Source: Octopus sinensis (Eukaryota). Taken from it: a stretch of 64,000 bases of DNA. Below are positions 13,046 through 25,980 of the stretch, piece by piece. Position numbers and translations under genes: made by a program. Location of the stretch: assembly GCF_006345805.1 (NCBI RefSeq), contig NC_043001.1, positions 113,088,001 through 113,152,000 on the forward strand, written 5' to 3'. Within the stretch, counting starts at the first letter, position 1; every line of letters starts with the position of its first letter. The notes below the pieces were generated by a model, which did not search any database, had not been told where the DNA came from, and was given only the letters and a program-made list of their open reading frames with translations.

Positions 13046-14326
13046 TAAAAATCAACCAAATAAAACAGTTTGTAACTTTTTATCTCAGCAGTGAGAATAA
13101 TCAATGTGTCCCTTGGCCTTTAGACGTAGTTCATTCTGTTAAGAAAGTTGGGTGAATGAAAGAGAACAAACCTATCACTGAAATAGCTTTAGGATCAATG
13201 TGGTGTTGTGGTATACATGCATGGTCCACTGGCTGGTGTTAGAGATTGTTTGTTCTTTGAAGCCTCTTACTGTTTACCCATGAAGTTGTCTCTGGCATAA
13301 ACAGTTGACAATGGACATTCTATGAAGTTGTTTGACCTACTAGAATTAGCAACCAAACTGCACCCTGTTTCTGATATACTAAGTAATTCAATAGTCCCCA
13401 ATTGAAGCACCTTTTATCATGGATCTGCTCAGACAGGGTTGGTCTGAAGCCAAAGAGCAATACCACTTTGATCATTGAACCAATGAGGTGGCGGGGCTTC
13501 TAATATTTGATATGACGGATATAGTTCTAAGTTTCCATTGGGTCACACCCTGTCATCTCTAAAATGAAGGATAAAGTAAATTTAAAGGTATTACAGTTAA
13601 AAACAACACAATTATAACCATAGCTAGAATGACTTCCATTGAAGATTTAATATTTTCATAATTGATAAGGTGGTGAACTGTTTCTTTTCTTCTGTCTTGC
13701 TGTAACCTCTCATCACCTGGCACAAAGCTACTTCTTCAATGCTACCCATCTCTCAAAGGATCTTTGTACTGCAAGGTATTTAGTAATGGTGCTGGTGCCA
13801 CATAAAAAGCATCCAGTTGAATATGTGAAGTGGTTGGCATTTGGAAGGGCATTCAGCCATAAAAATCAGGCTAGTACGGAAGACAGACATTAAGTGCTGA
13901 TGATGATGATGATGTATATCCATCCCAGACATGACTATTTTGTACAGATGTGTTATCTTTAAGCAAAAGCAAACGGAGCACACTACTCTGAAGCATTTGC
14001 TCTGCAAGCAGAACCCAAATGCAGTGACAGTAGAAACCCAGCAAGAATTAAGATGTAAGTGTGTGGATGATTTCTCCTCTCAAGAGCTGAGCTTGTTAGT
14101 CATCTTTAGTCCCATGAGTCTGTGAGAAACCAAACTACTTGTTAGATGGGTCTACTGCCAAGCACATTACTGTACATTTGTACTATAAAGGAAAATAAGT
14201 GTCACATCTGTGAACATTCCTGCAGAATGAAAGCTGGGATATGAAGCAACCTGTATGCACATGGTGGTGCAATATTCTGTGAAGTGATGGCACTCTCAGG
14301 ACAAGAAGTAGCAATCAGTACAAACA

Positions 14327-14359
<33 letters not shown>

Positions 14360-14402
14360 ACAAAGTGGAGTTGTAGGGTACCGCACGAGTGGAATTATTA
14401 TT

Positions 14403-14631
14403 GAAAGAAGGTTTGAAAATGCAATTTTAAAAGATGTTTATTTTCTTTACTGGTTTCACTCTTTGGAAAAAGATTGTCAAAAGTAACATGTAAAAATTTG
14501 GTTGCGTTAATTAAGACCAATAATTAATGCAACCAAACTTTTACATGTTACTTTTGACAATCTTTTTCCAAAGAGTGAAACCGGTAAAGAAAATAAACAT
14601 CTTTTAAAATTGCATTTTCAAACCTTCTTTC
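14403..14631. repeat. Near-perfect inverted repeat, 111-bp arms and 7-nt loop (foldback/MITE-like)
   Basis: 14403-14513 is the reverse complement of 14521-14631, with 3 mismatches by my count. Confidence 0.9.
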
Positions 14632-15399
14632 GTATATATATATATATATATATATAGACACGCGCACACACACACACACACACACACATGTGTGGTTACT
14701 GAGTTTGCTTTGTAACCCCATGGTCCTGAGTTCCGTCCAATGCACAAAATTTGTTGACAGAAATTTGTGGAAAGCCTGCTGTGTATAATGTGTGTACATG
14801 CAGTGTGAATGCACAAGTTTTATTTTCCATGCTTTTGCATCGATATGATTTGTGTGATGTTGATGTTATGGTTATGATCTCCCATAAATTATTTCCTGTA
14901 AGTTGTTAGCTTAGATATTTAACTATAGAATTCTGCTTCAATAAGTCTTATCCAACTCATGCCTGTCTGGAAAAGTGGATGTAAAAACAGTGACAGTGGT
15001 AGTGATGATGTGTATATAGCAGCAACCATAAACATGGATTAATTTTCATATATGAACATTAAAGCATTTCAAATTACATGTGTAATATCTATCTCATTTA
15101 TTTAGCTTTGAGCCAATGTCAAACAGGAAGAGAGTAAAGTGCTTCCATCTTGATGTGGTTTTTAGAAGCAAGCATTAGATTAAACAAATTAAAACTGCAA
15201 ATGACATTAATTGTCTATTAATTTTATAGAAAAGTATAAATCCTGTGTTAATGACTGATTAGTAACATTGGACTGATTAATCAGTTTCTCTGTTTTGATT
15301 TTAGAGTTTTAAGTTCAAATCCTTTCACTGTTGATTGTTGAGAGTTTGATTTTCTTAAGACTAAAGAATTAAGTACCTAAATACAAAAATGTTGATTAA

Positions 15400-15631
15400 C
15401 CATTTAGCATTCACATTTCTCCACCAAATGTAATGCTTATTTATTCACATTGTTTTAAATTTATCCTGCATTTTCTTGTAGCCTTGAGATTTTGATAATG
15501 TGATTGTTTATTTTTAAACTAACATTGTAGGGTTGGTGTGAGAGGCTGGATCTGGCCTTTTTAAAATTTTTTTTTTACATAAAACAGATAAAGTATTTTG
15601 GTCAGATTTAGCCAGTTTAAATGCTAAAGGT
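15400..15631. mobile_element. piggyBac-type MITE (TTAA-flanked)
   Basis: TTAA|CCATTTAGCATT ... AATGCTAAAGGT|TTAA. Related to 33089-33309 and 30980-31185. Confidence 0.7.
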
Positions 15632-15836
15632 TTAAAACAACAACAATAATCCCAAACCAAACCATGTGATTATTATAAAACTGCCAATCATGTCACAGAA
15701 TATCATCCACTATACTCTAAATCATTGGTTCTTGACTGGGGCCCATGTAAGATTTTGTTGTTAAAATTTATGTACAATAAATTGGTTGTTTCCTCAATAC
15801 ACAGAATATTTTAACATTTTTTAATACTGTTCTTAA

Positions 15837-16597
15837 CCCTTTCAATACTAACCTGGCCGTAGCCAGCTGAAAATTTTTTTGGTTCATAAGACCAACCTGG
15901 CCCAGCTGGCCAAGAGTACCCATTGTTATTCAAATGCAAATTTAAGCACAAATCTCATTATTACATTCATGAAAATACATGATTTTACTTTGTAAATAGT
16001 TGAGTTATAGTATCTGACATTGTTTGATGTGATATCTGAACTCAGTGAATTTTGGGAGATTTTTCCACATTTTTTCAGCGTCAATTTTCTGTTCAACTTC
16101 GAAAATGGATATAGGTTTCATGCTATCAAGCAGTGATTCCGAATTTAAAGGTTCAAGAAAAAGAATGAATGTGGTATAAAAGCACGTGGTATATGAGAAT
16201 GAATGGGATATTTATGTATCCAAAACCGAATGCAGTGATTCCGAAGAAACTAAAAGCAGCGATAGTGACAGCAAAGGCGATTTTATTTTGTTGCATATCC
16301 AATTGAATATTAGCTGATGATTCATTTTCTATGGTGATGTTTAAACAAAATTTTTATATTTTTACCTTTTGCTCAGTTTACCCAGATTTACCTGTAATTA
16401 GAGTCACTTTGAGACAAAAGTTATGCAATATAGGCGCAGGAGTGGCTGTGTGGTAAGTAGCTTGCTAACCAACCACATGGTTCCGGGTTCAGTCCCACTG
16501 CGTGGCATCTTGGGCAAGTGTCTTCTGCTATAGCCCCGGGCCGACCAATGCCTTGTGAGTGGATTTGGTAGATGGAAACTGAAAGAAGCCTGTCGTA

Positions 16598-16636
<39 letters not shown>

Positions 16637-17080
16637 CCTTCTGGCTTCACAGACCCCAGTAGAACCGTCCAACCCATGCTAGCATGGAAAACGGACGCTA
16701 AACGACGACGATGATGATGATGATGATGATGTGTGTGTGTTTGTCCCCCTAGCATTGCTTGACAACCGATCCCCGTCACTTAGCGGTTCGGCAAAAAGGG
16801 ACCGATAGAATAAGTACTGGGCTTACAAAGAATAAGTCCTGGGGTTGATTTGCTCGACTAAAGGCGGTGCTCCAGCATGGCCGCAGTCAAATGACTGAAA
16901 CAAGTAAAAGAGTAATAAAATTAAGAACCCGTTTTTTAATTATGTTCCAAATATCACATTAATATGTCACATAATAGGTTATAGTTGTTTAATGAAACTA
17001 GTCTAAATTCACGATTATTTTAAAATTTAATTGAAACTCATGAGGGGTGTATTTTGGTCAGAAATATAGTAACAAAAGGG
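15837..17080. mobile_element. Non-autonomous piggyBac-like element
   Basis: TTAA at 15833-15836 and 17081-17084. TIRs CCCTTTCAATACTA / TAGTAACAAAAGGG. Decayed S/D/E-rich coding-like stretch at ~16105-16280. Confidence 0.75.
16433..16913 (+). mobile_element. SINE family A carrying an RTE-type 3' fragment (16635-16730) in its central microsatellite
   Basis: Head and tail are colinear with family A. The insert gccttctggcttcacagaccccag...ccaacccatgctagcatgg...(gat)n matches 30270-30352. Confidence 0.85.
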
Positions 17081-17414
17081 TTAATAGTACTTTATCTTAA
17101 AAATATGATTGGAGTTTTTAGACATCAAATGGCTATGAAAGTCCCCTCTTCATAGGAATCAAATGGGTCCATAAGTAAAAAATGGTTGAGAACCACCATT
17201 CTAAATATATTCAAAACTGGAATTATTCAATGACTGCAATGATAACAACTAAGTCAGTGAATGGTTTTCTTGAGGTTTCTTGTATTTGTGGCGATATCTT
17301 GTGTTCTGTCACGTAAAAATTATTTTTACATTGAATCAATTTTATTTGTGAGTCTTACTTTTTATAACCTGCTCATGACTACAAATATTTTCACAGTTTT
17401 TGTTTTTATTTCAG

Positions 17415-17477
17415 GTTGAGAGTGACAGTATTGCTGCCAAAGATGGTCGAATCCACCCTGGGGATCAAATTCTGCAG
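17415..17477 (+). CDS. PDZRN3: PDZRN3/4-like E3 ligase, internal exon (PDZ domain: [21 protein letters not shown])
   Basis: tttttatttcag acceptor, CAG|gtaatt donor, 63 nt, phase 0-0. Matches the vertebrate PDZRN3 segment [21 protein letters not shown] as recalled. PDZRN3 versus PDZRN4 cannot be distinguished; probably a single co-ortholog. Confidence 0.93.
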
Positions 17478-17539
17478 GTAATTCTTTTTTCAATTATTTC
17501 CTTTATTGGTTAATTTTATATCCCCTGAAATATTGCAAT

Positions 17540-17912
17540 GGCCTCTGTGCCAGTGGCATGTAAAAAGCACCATTTCAGCGTGATCGTTACCTGCGTCGCC
17601 TTACTGGCACTTGTGCTGGTGGCACATGAAAAAACATTCAAGCGAGGTTGTTGCCAGTGCCGCTGGACTGGCTCCTGTAAAGGTGATACATAAAATGCAC
17701 CATTTGAGCATGGGTTGCCAGTACCACCTGACTGGCATGTAAAAGCACCCACTACACTCTGAGAGTGGTTGGTGTTAGGAAGGGCATCCAGCTGTAGAAA
17801 CTCTACCAGATAAAGATTGGAGTCTGGTGCAGCCATCTGGTTCACCAGACCTCAGTCAAATCGTCCAACCCATGCTAGCATGGAAAGCAGACGTTAAACG
17901 ATAATGATGAGG
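17540..17912 (+). mobile_element. Repeat with RTE-like 3' tail (family D)
   Basis: Ends gttaggaagggcatccagctgtagaaac...ccaacccatgctagcatggaaagc...(gat)n. Related copies at ~4975-5170(-), ~13800-13912(-), 18570-18730(-), 30171-30352(+), ~39680-39915(+). RTE assignment is inference. Confidence 0.7.
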
Positions 17913-18569
17913 AGGATTTAAACCAATGGAGGAGTCTTCTCTGTTTGGTTCTTTGACCTGCTAAACTCAGCAGCAAAAATCCATCTTAAATCAAAACCTA
18001 TTGTCATAAAAGAGGAAGTACACCTTTAAACAGTGTGGTTCTCAATAGGCTTAAAATGTCAGGATGGCTGAAACACCTTTGGCATAAGTATTGTGCATCC
18101 TGTGCTAACCCGGACCTGAACAACAACAATAGAATCAATGTTTTACATAACCAATATGAATGATGATAGCAAAGATTCTTTAGGTCAAAAGAGTTTTTCA
18201 GATAATATATAGAAACACATACAATCATTGATATACTTCTTAGACAGATCATCTAAAAATACCAAATCCAATATCATCAGTTGTAAAAACAAAACAAAAA
18301 ACCCTTTTACAGCATCTTTTACTGTTTGCTGACAAATTTAGAATTTAAATTCCTAACTAAACATCTGTACAAGTTTAGTCGTATGGTTAAAAATTTGGTT
18401 TCATAAGCAACAGGTTTAAAGTTTGATCATACTGTGTGATACCTTGAGCAAGGGCTTTCTGTAATGGTTTTCAGTTGATCCAGTAGATAAAGTTGCAGAG
18501 AGAGAGAGAGACAGATAGTACATCAAGTTATATCCTTATATGTGAAAAAGATATATAAAACATAGCCAT

Positions 18570-18730
18570 TCATCATCATCATCGTCATCATCGTTTAACG
18601 TCCGTTTTCCGCGCTAGCACGGGTTGGACGGTTCGACCGGGGTCTGGGAAGCCAGGGGCTGCTCCAGGCTCCAGTCTGATCTGGCAGAGTTTCTACGGCT
18701 GGATGCCCTTCCTAACGCCAACCACTCCGC
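18570..18730 (-). mobile_element. Family D 3' fragment
   Basis: Reverse complement of the family D tail, with a (cat)n end. Confidence 0.75.
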
Positions 18731-20121
18731 GATGAAATTGATAAAGTGACTATTAGATTGAAATACTAGCAATATGATTGATAAAAAAAAATCTTGGTCC
18801 ATTTACTGAAAGAAGAGGTGAAAGAAAAATAAAAGAAACATTGTGTTAAAGTTATGAAATACAAATTCTATTTCATTATTGTTTTCAGTCTGTGCTGTTT
18901 TGGCTGTGAATTTAACCCAGCCTTCATGATCTGGCTAATAAGTAACTAATCTTCTGCATAAAATATATTCAACAACAATGTAAGGATCCTTGTTGAGCCT
19001 ATTTTAAACAAGGGTCTCGCTTCAGTTGAAACTAAAACTTGAGCTGTGGTGCTGTGAAGAGACAAAATAACTGACATTTCAAGCAGAGCCTTTTTTCCAA
19101 AACAATTTGATATTTCCTCTCTCATTATTACACTTAGTTTAATTTCCCCTCACAACAGTGTTTTGTTGGTACATTTATCCATTTCCTGGTTTCACATTGC
19201 TTCTCCTTTCCTTTATTTGCTACTCCAATAGAAGCTGCAAGTGATTATACAAATCTCTTGCTGTCCTCAGTGATTTTCCCCAAGAGTTCATAGTGGTATT
19301 TGGGCCATGATAGTCAAGTCTGCAAGTCATCTTTAGTGGTAGAAGTAGTCAGGAGTGTTTATTATTAGTGTATAGTGTAACTGAGGTTACAACTAATGTC
19401 GAGATAGATTTCATAATTATTCAGGGCAAGCACAGAGTGAAAAAGAAAGGCAAGGAATATGCACTGGGAAGGAAGAGTGAACAAGATACACTGATAAGTT
19501 TTCACAAAAAGAAACCCAACTTGTATAAACATGAGTATATCAACTGTCACATACACATACATATATGACAGAAGAGCCTTTATATATGCATAAGTGGAAA
19601 GAAAGATGACAGCTAAACTATACTCCACCAATTTGAGAATGAAAGATGGAACCAGAAATAGGGATTTAATGTGGAATCTCCTTTCTGTGAGTGTAGGACT
19701 GTCATGCGCTTGATTATTGTCCATTATTGGATACATTTTATTGTTTGAAGGATTGAGAGATAGCAACAACAAAAAAAAGTGCAATTTTGTGCTTTTAAAA
19801 AAATGTGGAAAAATTTGATACAAATGCAAAATAAGGTTTCTAGTTTTGGTACTAGGCCAGTAGTTTTAATGGAGGGGATTACTTGATTAAATTGATACCC
19901 TTAAATTGTACTTCATTTTATTGACCTTGGAAGGATGAATAGTAAAGCTGATGTAGATGGGAGTCGGTTTCATAACATGAAAGGTTACAGTTACTCATGA
20001 ATTTCACCATCCAGGTTTATTCCAACATCCAATGCACACGCATGCACACACACATTTCTAGTTGTAAAATATCATACAAAAAAAAGTGACATTTACAACC
20101 ACAAACATCAGTGTGGTTCTC

Positions 20122-20538
20122 GAATCTTTTCTGTTTGAACGGCAGTTTTTTCTAGCGGTGTCATATGAAATTGTCACCCATAATTATGACCCTAGTATCA
20201 ATCTATTGCATTTCAATCTGTTTTAGGGTTAGGGTTAGGGGTGGGGGGAAGGGTATCTTTTTTTCTTCAGAAATGTAAATAAATCCAATCTGTTTCTTAA
20301 ATGAGGGACATATTTATACGGCACAGAATGTTTTCACCTCAATAGACATCATTGATTGGTTGAAATTGCAGAAATTGAAGAAAAACAACAACAAATATCT
20401 TACAAACTATAGAATTTTCTCAATAAAGCCAAGAGAAAAAGATGTTTTATAAACACATTCTACCAGTATACAAAGTTTAAAAGTGTTTAGTTACGTGGAA
20501 ATTATTAAAAAAAACTGCCATTCAAACCGAAAAGATCC
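20122..20538. mobile_element. MITE with ~30-bp TIRs and 8-bp TSD (Merlin-like)
   Basis: GAATCTTTTCTGTTTGAACGGCAGTTTTTT versus reverse-complemented end GGATCTTTTCGGTTTGAATGGCAGTTTTTT. TSD tggttctc/cggttctc. Superfamily is inferred from GG termini plus 8-bp TSD. Confidence 0.7.
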
Positions 20539-20821
20539 CGGTTCTCTATTGCTGTGTGTGCCAGATAACAAAGTGCTATGCCACTCAGTTAGCCACTGTG
20601 ACCCTCCAGCCCAAACTATCAGTGGAGAATAGATGCTACACCCAACCATGGTCCAGTGATTAAATTAACAGACATTTGTGCAAACATTCATTTGGGAAAT
20701 GTTTTTTCTTTAAAAGAATGTAGATATGCATACAGGCACACATTCATACACTTAACACTTGCATAAAATATAAATTGGGAGCATTCAATCAATCAGGTTG
20801 CCAATATATTTGCTGTTATTA

Positions 20822-21015
20822 GGGTGGTGAGCAAGCAAATGCTTAGTGGCTTTTTAGACTGTCTTTATGTTCTGAGTTCATATTCCGCTGAGATCAACTT
20901 TGCCTTTCATCCTTTTGGGGTTCATAAAATAAGTACCAGTTGAACGCTGGGGTCAATGTAATTGACTTAACATTTCCCCTGAAATTACTGGCCTTATGCC
21001 AAAATTTGAAATCAA
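20822..21015 (+). mobile_element. Older SINE family B copy (alternative tail)
   Basis: Diverged head and core, ending aaatttgaaatcaattt. Similar old copies at ~2530-2690(-), 26877-27290(+, two in tandem), 36400-36612(-), 48404-48620(+), 50030-50400(-), 55071-55500(+), 58110-58335(+). Confidence 0.7.
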
Positions 21016-22523
21016 TTTATTTGCTGTTATAATATCAAAAGTGTATTCCTCTTGTCTTAAGGGCATAATGTATCAATACATACCCTGGATACATATATTG
21101 CCTTTCCAAGAACTCTGAAGTGATGATATTCTACTGGCCCCTCTTGGATTGTTTTGTTTTGTTTTAGCTATTTGGTATTTCTGTTTTACAAATTTTATTT
21201 TTGGAATGTCAATTGAGAGAGATTTGGTAACTATTTCTAGCAGTTTGAGTGATTATATAAAGGTCCTATAGTTGGTTCATTTTCAAAAGTTTGACCCAGT
21301 AAGTGGTGTAGAATGTTTTTAGTCCAGGAAGATAGCTTCTCTAGTGCTGGTGCCATGATAAACATCTTTGGGGTTATCCTTTCATACATATGTGGATGAA
21401 ACTTCAATATATTCCTAGCATGGTCTATGTATTAATGTATCTTCTGTGTGTTTAAGCATAAAGAGATGGTTTTTGTATATGTGTGTGCAAGAGTGTGTAT
21501 GTGTGTGAGTTATCACTATGTGTGTATGTGTTTACAATATTCTAGACATATGAAATGAAACCTATACATCTTATGTGTCACTAACGAGAACAGATATATC
21601 CTATAACATGCTACGTAAAGTTATGTACACATTTATATACTCAAGTGTATACATGCACACATACCCACTCACGTGTTAAGTGCACAAGAGCTAAACATAA
21701 TATATGTACGTACACTCATTCACATTTACTTGTCTTACCCCTTCCTGATATGCATACATGCACCTCAGCTGCTTCCTAGATATACTAACATAAATGTACA
21801 AAATCAAAAATATGTATGCATATTTGTTGCAACATCATGTAAATGTTCTTTGCTAAGTGTCTGATATGAAAAGATCCAAATGTAAGTGTGTGTGTATATA
21901 TATGATATATGTGTATGTATGTGTGTGTGTATTATATTTATAAATTGTCAGTAGTTCACATATCCAAAAAAGAAGCACTCTCTGAAGCATATATATATGT
22001 ATGTATGTGTGTGTGCATATATATATATATATAAATATATATATATATGTACATGTCTATGTGTGTGTATGTATGTATGTGCTTGTACACACATACACAC
22101 AAGGGAGCTTGGAGTGAAAGAAATAGTGATTTCTTTTAACACCAAGTAATATAATGGCAATCATTGTATACTTTTGTAGTTTTCCTTTTTAGACAGTACC
22201 ATCAATTAGTGTCAGAGAAGCAAACTGGTAAAAAATGCTTTAAGCACATCAAAGTGGGACTAGTTCTAGTGACTATATCAAACAGACCAGGCAGTGAAAT
22301 TTTTCAAAAGAATCCTGCAACTCTACTGGTTAAATTGATACTGCTTGCAGATCTACTATTTTTATTGGTACTCCCCATATCGCTACTCCCTGCACCTCTG
22401 CCTTTTAAATCGATAATTGCTGCAATTCTGCTGTTGGAGTTTATACTTTCTTCAACTTGTTTCTACAGACACTCACCATAACTCTTGCTATCACTCCAGT
22501 CTTATCCACCCTATATTTTTACT

Positions 22524-22906
22524 GTGGAGGCGCAATGGCCCAGTGGTTAGGGCAGCGGACTTGCAGTCGTAGGATCGCGGTTTCGATTCCCAGACCGGGC
22601 GTTGTGAGTGTTTATTGAGCGAAAACACCTAAAGCTCCACGAGGCTCCGGCAGGGGATGGTCGTGATCCCTGCTGTACTCTTTCACCACAACTTTCTCTC
22701 ACTCTTACTTCCTGTTTCTGTTGTACCTGTATTTCAAAGGGCCGGCCTTGTCACTCTCTGTGTCACGCTGAATATCCCCGAGAACTACGTTAAGGGTACA
22801 CGTGTCTGTGGAGTGCTCAGCCACTTACACATTAATTTCACAAGCAGGCTGTTCCGTTGATCGGATCAACCGGAACCCTCGTCGTCGTAACCGACGGAGT
22901 GCTTCC
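22524..22906 (+). mobile_element. SINE family C (tRNA-derived head), tail type 1, 11-bp TSD
   Basis: Head GGCGCAATGGCCCAGTGGTTAGGGC...GGTTTCGATTCCC. TSD atatttttact at 22513-22523 and 22907-22917. Confidence 0.85.
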
Positions 22907-25881
22907 ATATTTTTACTCCATATTTTCCCAACCAAGATCATTTTTGCAATCACCTTTTCTTCTACCCACTTATTTTAAAACACGTTGTCCTGAATGCACA
23001 GTGACATTATAGAGTAGTAAGGATCCCTTCTGTCTTGCAAGGTAAAAAGTAACCTTACTATACTGGTGCCTCAATAAAATGTTCCAATTTACATTCTATA
23101 AACTGTTTATTGTAAGCTGATATTATTATTGTAGAATCTCAGGTTAGAATAAAAACATCTGGGCTTCAAAGTGTTTATTTGTTTTCCAAGTTTAGTCTTC
23201 TGTGATAATTCCAAGTGATTACTTTTTCAATTTTGTTTTGAATTTACATGACACAATCTCTTATGATTGACACATCTGCTTGTGGCATTTATCCTTTGTT
23301 GATCCAATAACAATTGGCACTATGTTTAAGTATAACGATGTGGTTAAGAAGTTTGTTCAGCAATCATAATGCTCTGAGTTTGTCCCTACTGCATAGCACC
23401 TTGGGCAGTTATCTCCTATCATTGTCCTAGGTTGACCTATGCCTTGTTAGGTGAAATTTACTAGATAGAGACTATGTGAAAGCCTGTCAGATGTACTGTG
23501 CATATTCTTGGATCACAGACTTAATTCATCATCCAGTTTAGCACCACCATCTGGGTCTGGGGTGGTTTTTGTAGAGTCCCTTTTGAGAGATCAATCTTCA
23601 AACTTCATAAAAATACACTAAGTATTACATATATACAATTACTAGCTCTATTGCTGCTTCTGCCACCACAGTCACTACTGCTACTACTTATTTAAATATG
23701 AAGCAAAAATCAGCATTCAGAAAGATTTGGAAATGTGTTCTATAAAGATATTCTTCGTTCATTATAAAGAAATATCATTGTTGTAGCATAACTTTTGTTT
23801 GAAATGAGTTTATGGATTAATAAACTATGGGTCTCTTTCTTGTATATGGAACCAACGCTTCAGTTCTGGCCGAAGTGTGTTAATAGTTGCAACAAAGCGT
23901 CTGCTACCTAATTTAAATATTTCATGTGTGAAAAATCAGCGATAGAATGTGTTGTTTATGTTATTGTGCAATCAACCTGTTTCTATTGTATTTCATGGCT
24001 CCGTATATTTGTAGACTTCTGAGATTTATATGTTTTCAATAGAAGACAGCAGTGTTGCACTGATCAAATAAATTGATTGGTGCTTGAGTTGTTATCAGCT
24101 TACAGATACACTTGTTCCAACATAGAACAGTAGCTCAATAGTAAATTCTTGAATTATATTTTAACAAATGCTTTTATTTACAATTTTTATCTTGCTAGTC
24201 TTTGTTCTTTAATCCTGTGGGATTCGACTTTGGGATATTGGTTGTTAGAGGTTTAAAATCAACTCCCAGTTTCCTTCTTCATATCAAAGTGTTGGATCAG
24301 TTACATTGTGTAGATCAGCTGGACCAGAATTGTTTCATTGCATTTCATTGCATAGGCACAGGAGTGGCTGTGTGGTAAATAGCTTGTTTACCAACCACAT
24401 GCTTCCGGGTTCAGTCCCACTACGTGGCTATAGTTTCTATCTACAAGATTCCTCTCACAAGGTATTGAACAACTTGAAACTATGGTAGAACACACTTATG
24501 CAAGGAACCTTGTTGTGGGATTGATCTTGGATCCTCATAACCACGCCTCTGTCCTTGCACAGACTCTAGAAATGCCGTTTAGCTAAACCTATGGACTGGT
24601 TGTAGTTAACTGTCCACTTTAATTTGAATAGACAATCATAATTTTAATGCTAGAAATATTTTCAGTAAATATAGCACAGATTATTTTGGCAAAAAAACTA
24701 TGTATTTTTACATTTGAATCTATTAATTACTCTCCTAAATCATTGTAATCAATACATTTTGTAGTTTACTTCACAGTTTAGCTTGTTCTCTGAAAATCAT
24801 TACTGTAAAACAGCGTGAGGTATTTTCAGTATTTTTCTTCATCCTGATTGCCTGCCAAAAATTCATTTATTAGAATGAAAGTCAAAATGTTAAAATTATT
24901 GATGACAGATTATTAGTCTAGAAAAACAGTGCAGTCTTATAACCCTGGAAAGTCTTTATATTTCACATTGAATCTTAATTAAATTTCATTTTTACTGTAA
25001 TCATGAATGACAGATTCTGTTTTATTTATCATGCAAAGAAGTGGTACAGATTTGAAGTCTAAGAACTTCATATTCTAAAGTTTGAGTTATAACCTGTGAA
25101 ACATTAAAATTCAAGGCTTAGTGTTTCAAGTTTTGTACAAGTTATAGTAAATTCTATGACTTCAATAAAAGAGAAAATAAATGTATAAATATATAAATAA
25201 ATAAGACCATACTTACAAGAGGATAAAGGGATACTTTATATAAATTAGTGTTGGTGCTGTAACAATGCATTAATCTGTTTTGAAACATGTTCACTTGTGG
25301 CAAAGTTGGATACATGGAAAGTTTTTTTTTTTTTATTGTTGTTGAAGAGATCAGTGGACTGAACGAACATATTGTTATAAAAAAACGTGTCAGAGAAAGT
25401 TAATCTGATTCACTGGATGAATAAAAAAAACTTATTACATGAAAAATTCATTACCAAATTTCAGGCTTATTGTGATATTTTCTGGAGGTTATAAATAAAT
25501 ATAAACACATACAAATTCAACTCTTGTTTTTTGTGTATCGTATATATTTTTTTTTATTTTGACTGCTTTTCATGCTGGCATGGGTTGGATATATATATAT
25601 ATTTTTTTTTTATCTCAATATTAAATCCTGCTTGATTTGACCATAAGCATTGTCTGGGATGATTATATATATACATGTATATATATATAAGAAAAATGAA
25701 AAAGTATAACAATATTGAAAAAAGTAATTTTAACATTAGGTTTCATCTGGAAACTACATTCTACATTTCTTTTTTCCATTTCTGTAATATGTTCTTCGCT
25801 AGTATGTGTATATGTATATTTTCTCATGTTTTAATTTTCTCTTTTTTTTTCTTTTTATTTTTCTTTTTCTACACCCTACAG

Positions 25882-25980
25882 ATCAATGGTGTTGAACTTC
25901 ATGGTCGAAACCAAGCAATTAAACTTTTTACAGAGTCCACATTGGATATCTGTCTTCTTGTTGCTCGCCATCAAATCCAG
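25882..25980 (+). CDS. PDZRN3: PDZRN3/4-like internal exon (PDZ C-terminal part: INGVELHGRNQAIKLFTESTLDICLLVARHQIQ)
   Basis: Long pyrimidine tract plus ctacag acceptor, CAG|gtaaaa donor, 99 nt, phase 0-0. Continues the PDZ fold (ING..., LLVAR). Confidence 0.93.

Larger units (their letters stand above)
15723..17198. mobile_element. hAT (Charlie-like) MITE, split by the piggyBac-like insertion
   Basis: Ends CATTGGTTCTTGAC and GTTGAGAACCACCA. 8-bp TSD ctctaaat/ttctaaat at 15715-15722 and 17199-17206. Confidence 0.7.

Noticed and set aside
12709-13155. Poly-Y, poly-I and poly-V ORFs
   Set aside because: Trinucleotide repeat artefacts.
13948-14054. Exon-like segment (ttttgtacag ... gtaagt)
   Set aside because: The only open frame ends in phase 1, incompatible with the phase-0 exon at 17415, and has no PDZRN similarity.
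19365-19829. 154-aa - strand ORF (also 22164-22481, 8977-9570, 53882-54442)
   Set aside because: Low-complexity F/L/I-rich translations of AT-rich or repeat DNA, without motifs.
20221-20248. Interstitial telomere
   Set aside because: Only about three TTAGGG units, internal to a MITE.
22525-22600. tRNA gene calls for family C (and A, B) heads
   Set aside because: A/B boxes are present, but no proper acceptor stem or clean anticodon arm. Each continues into a SINE body with TSDs.
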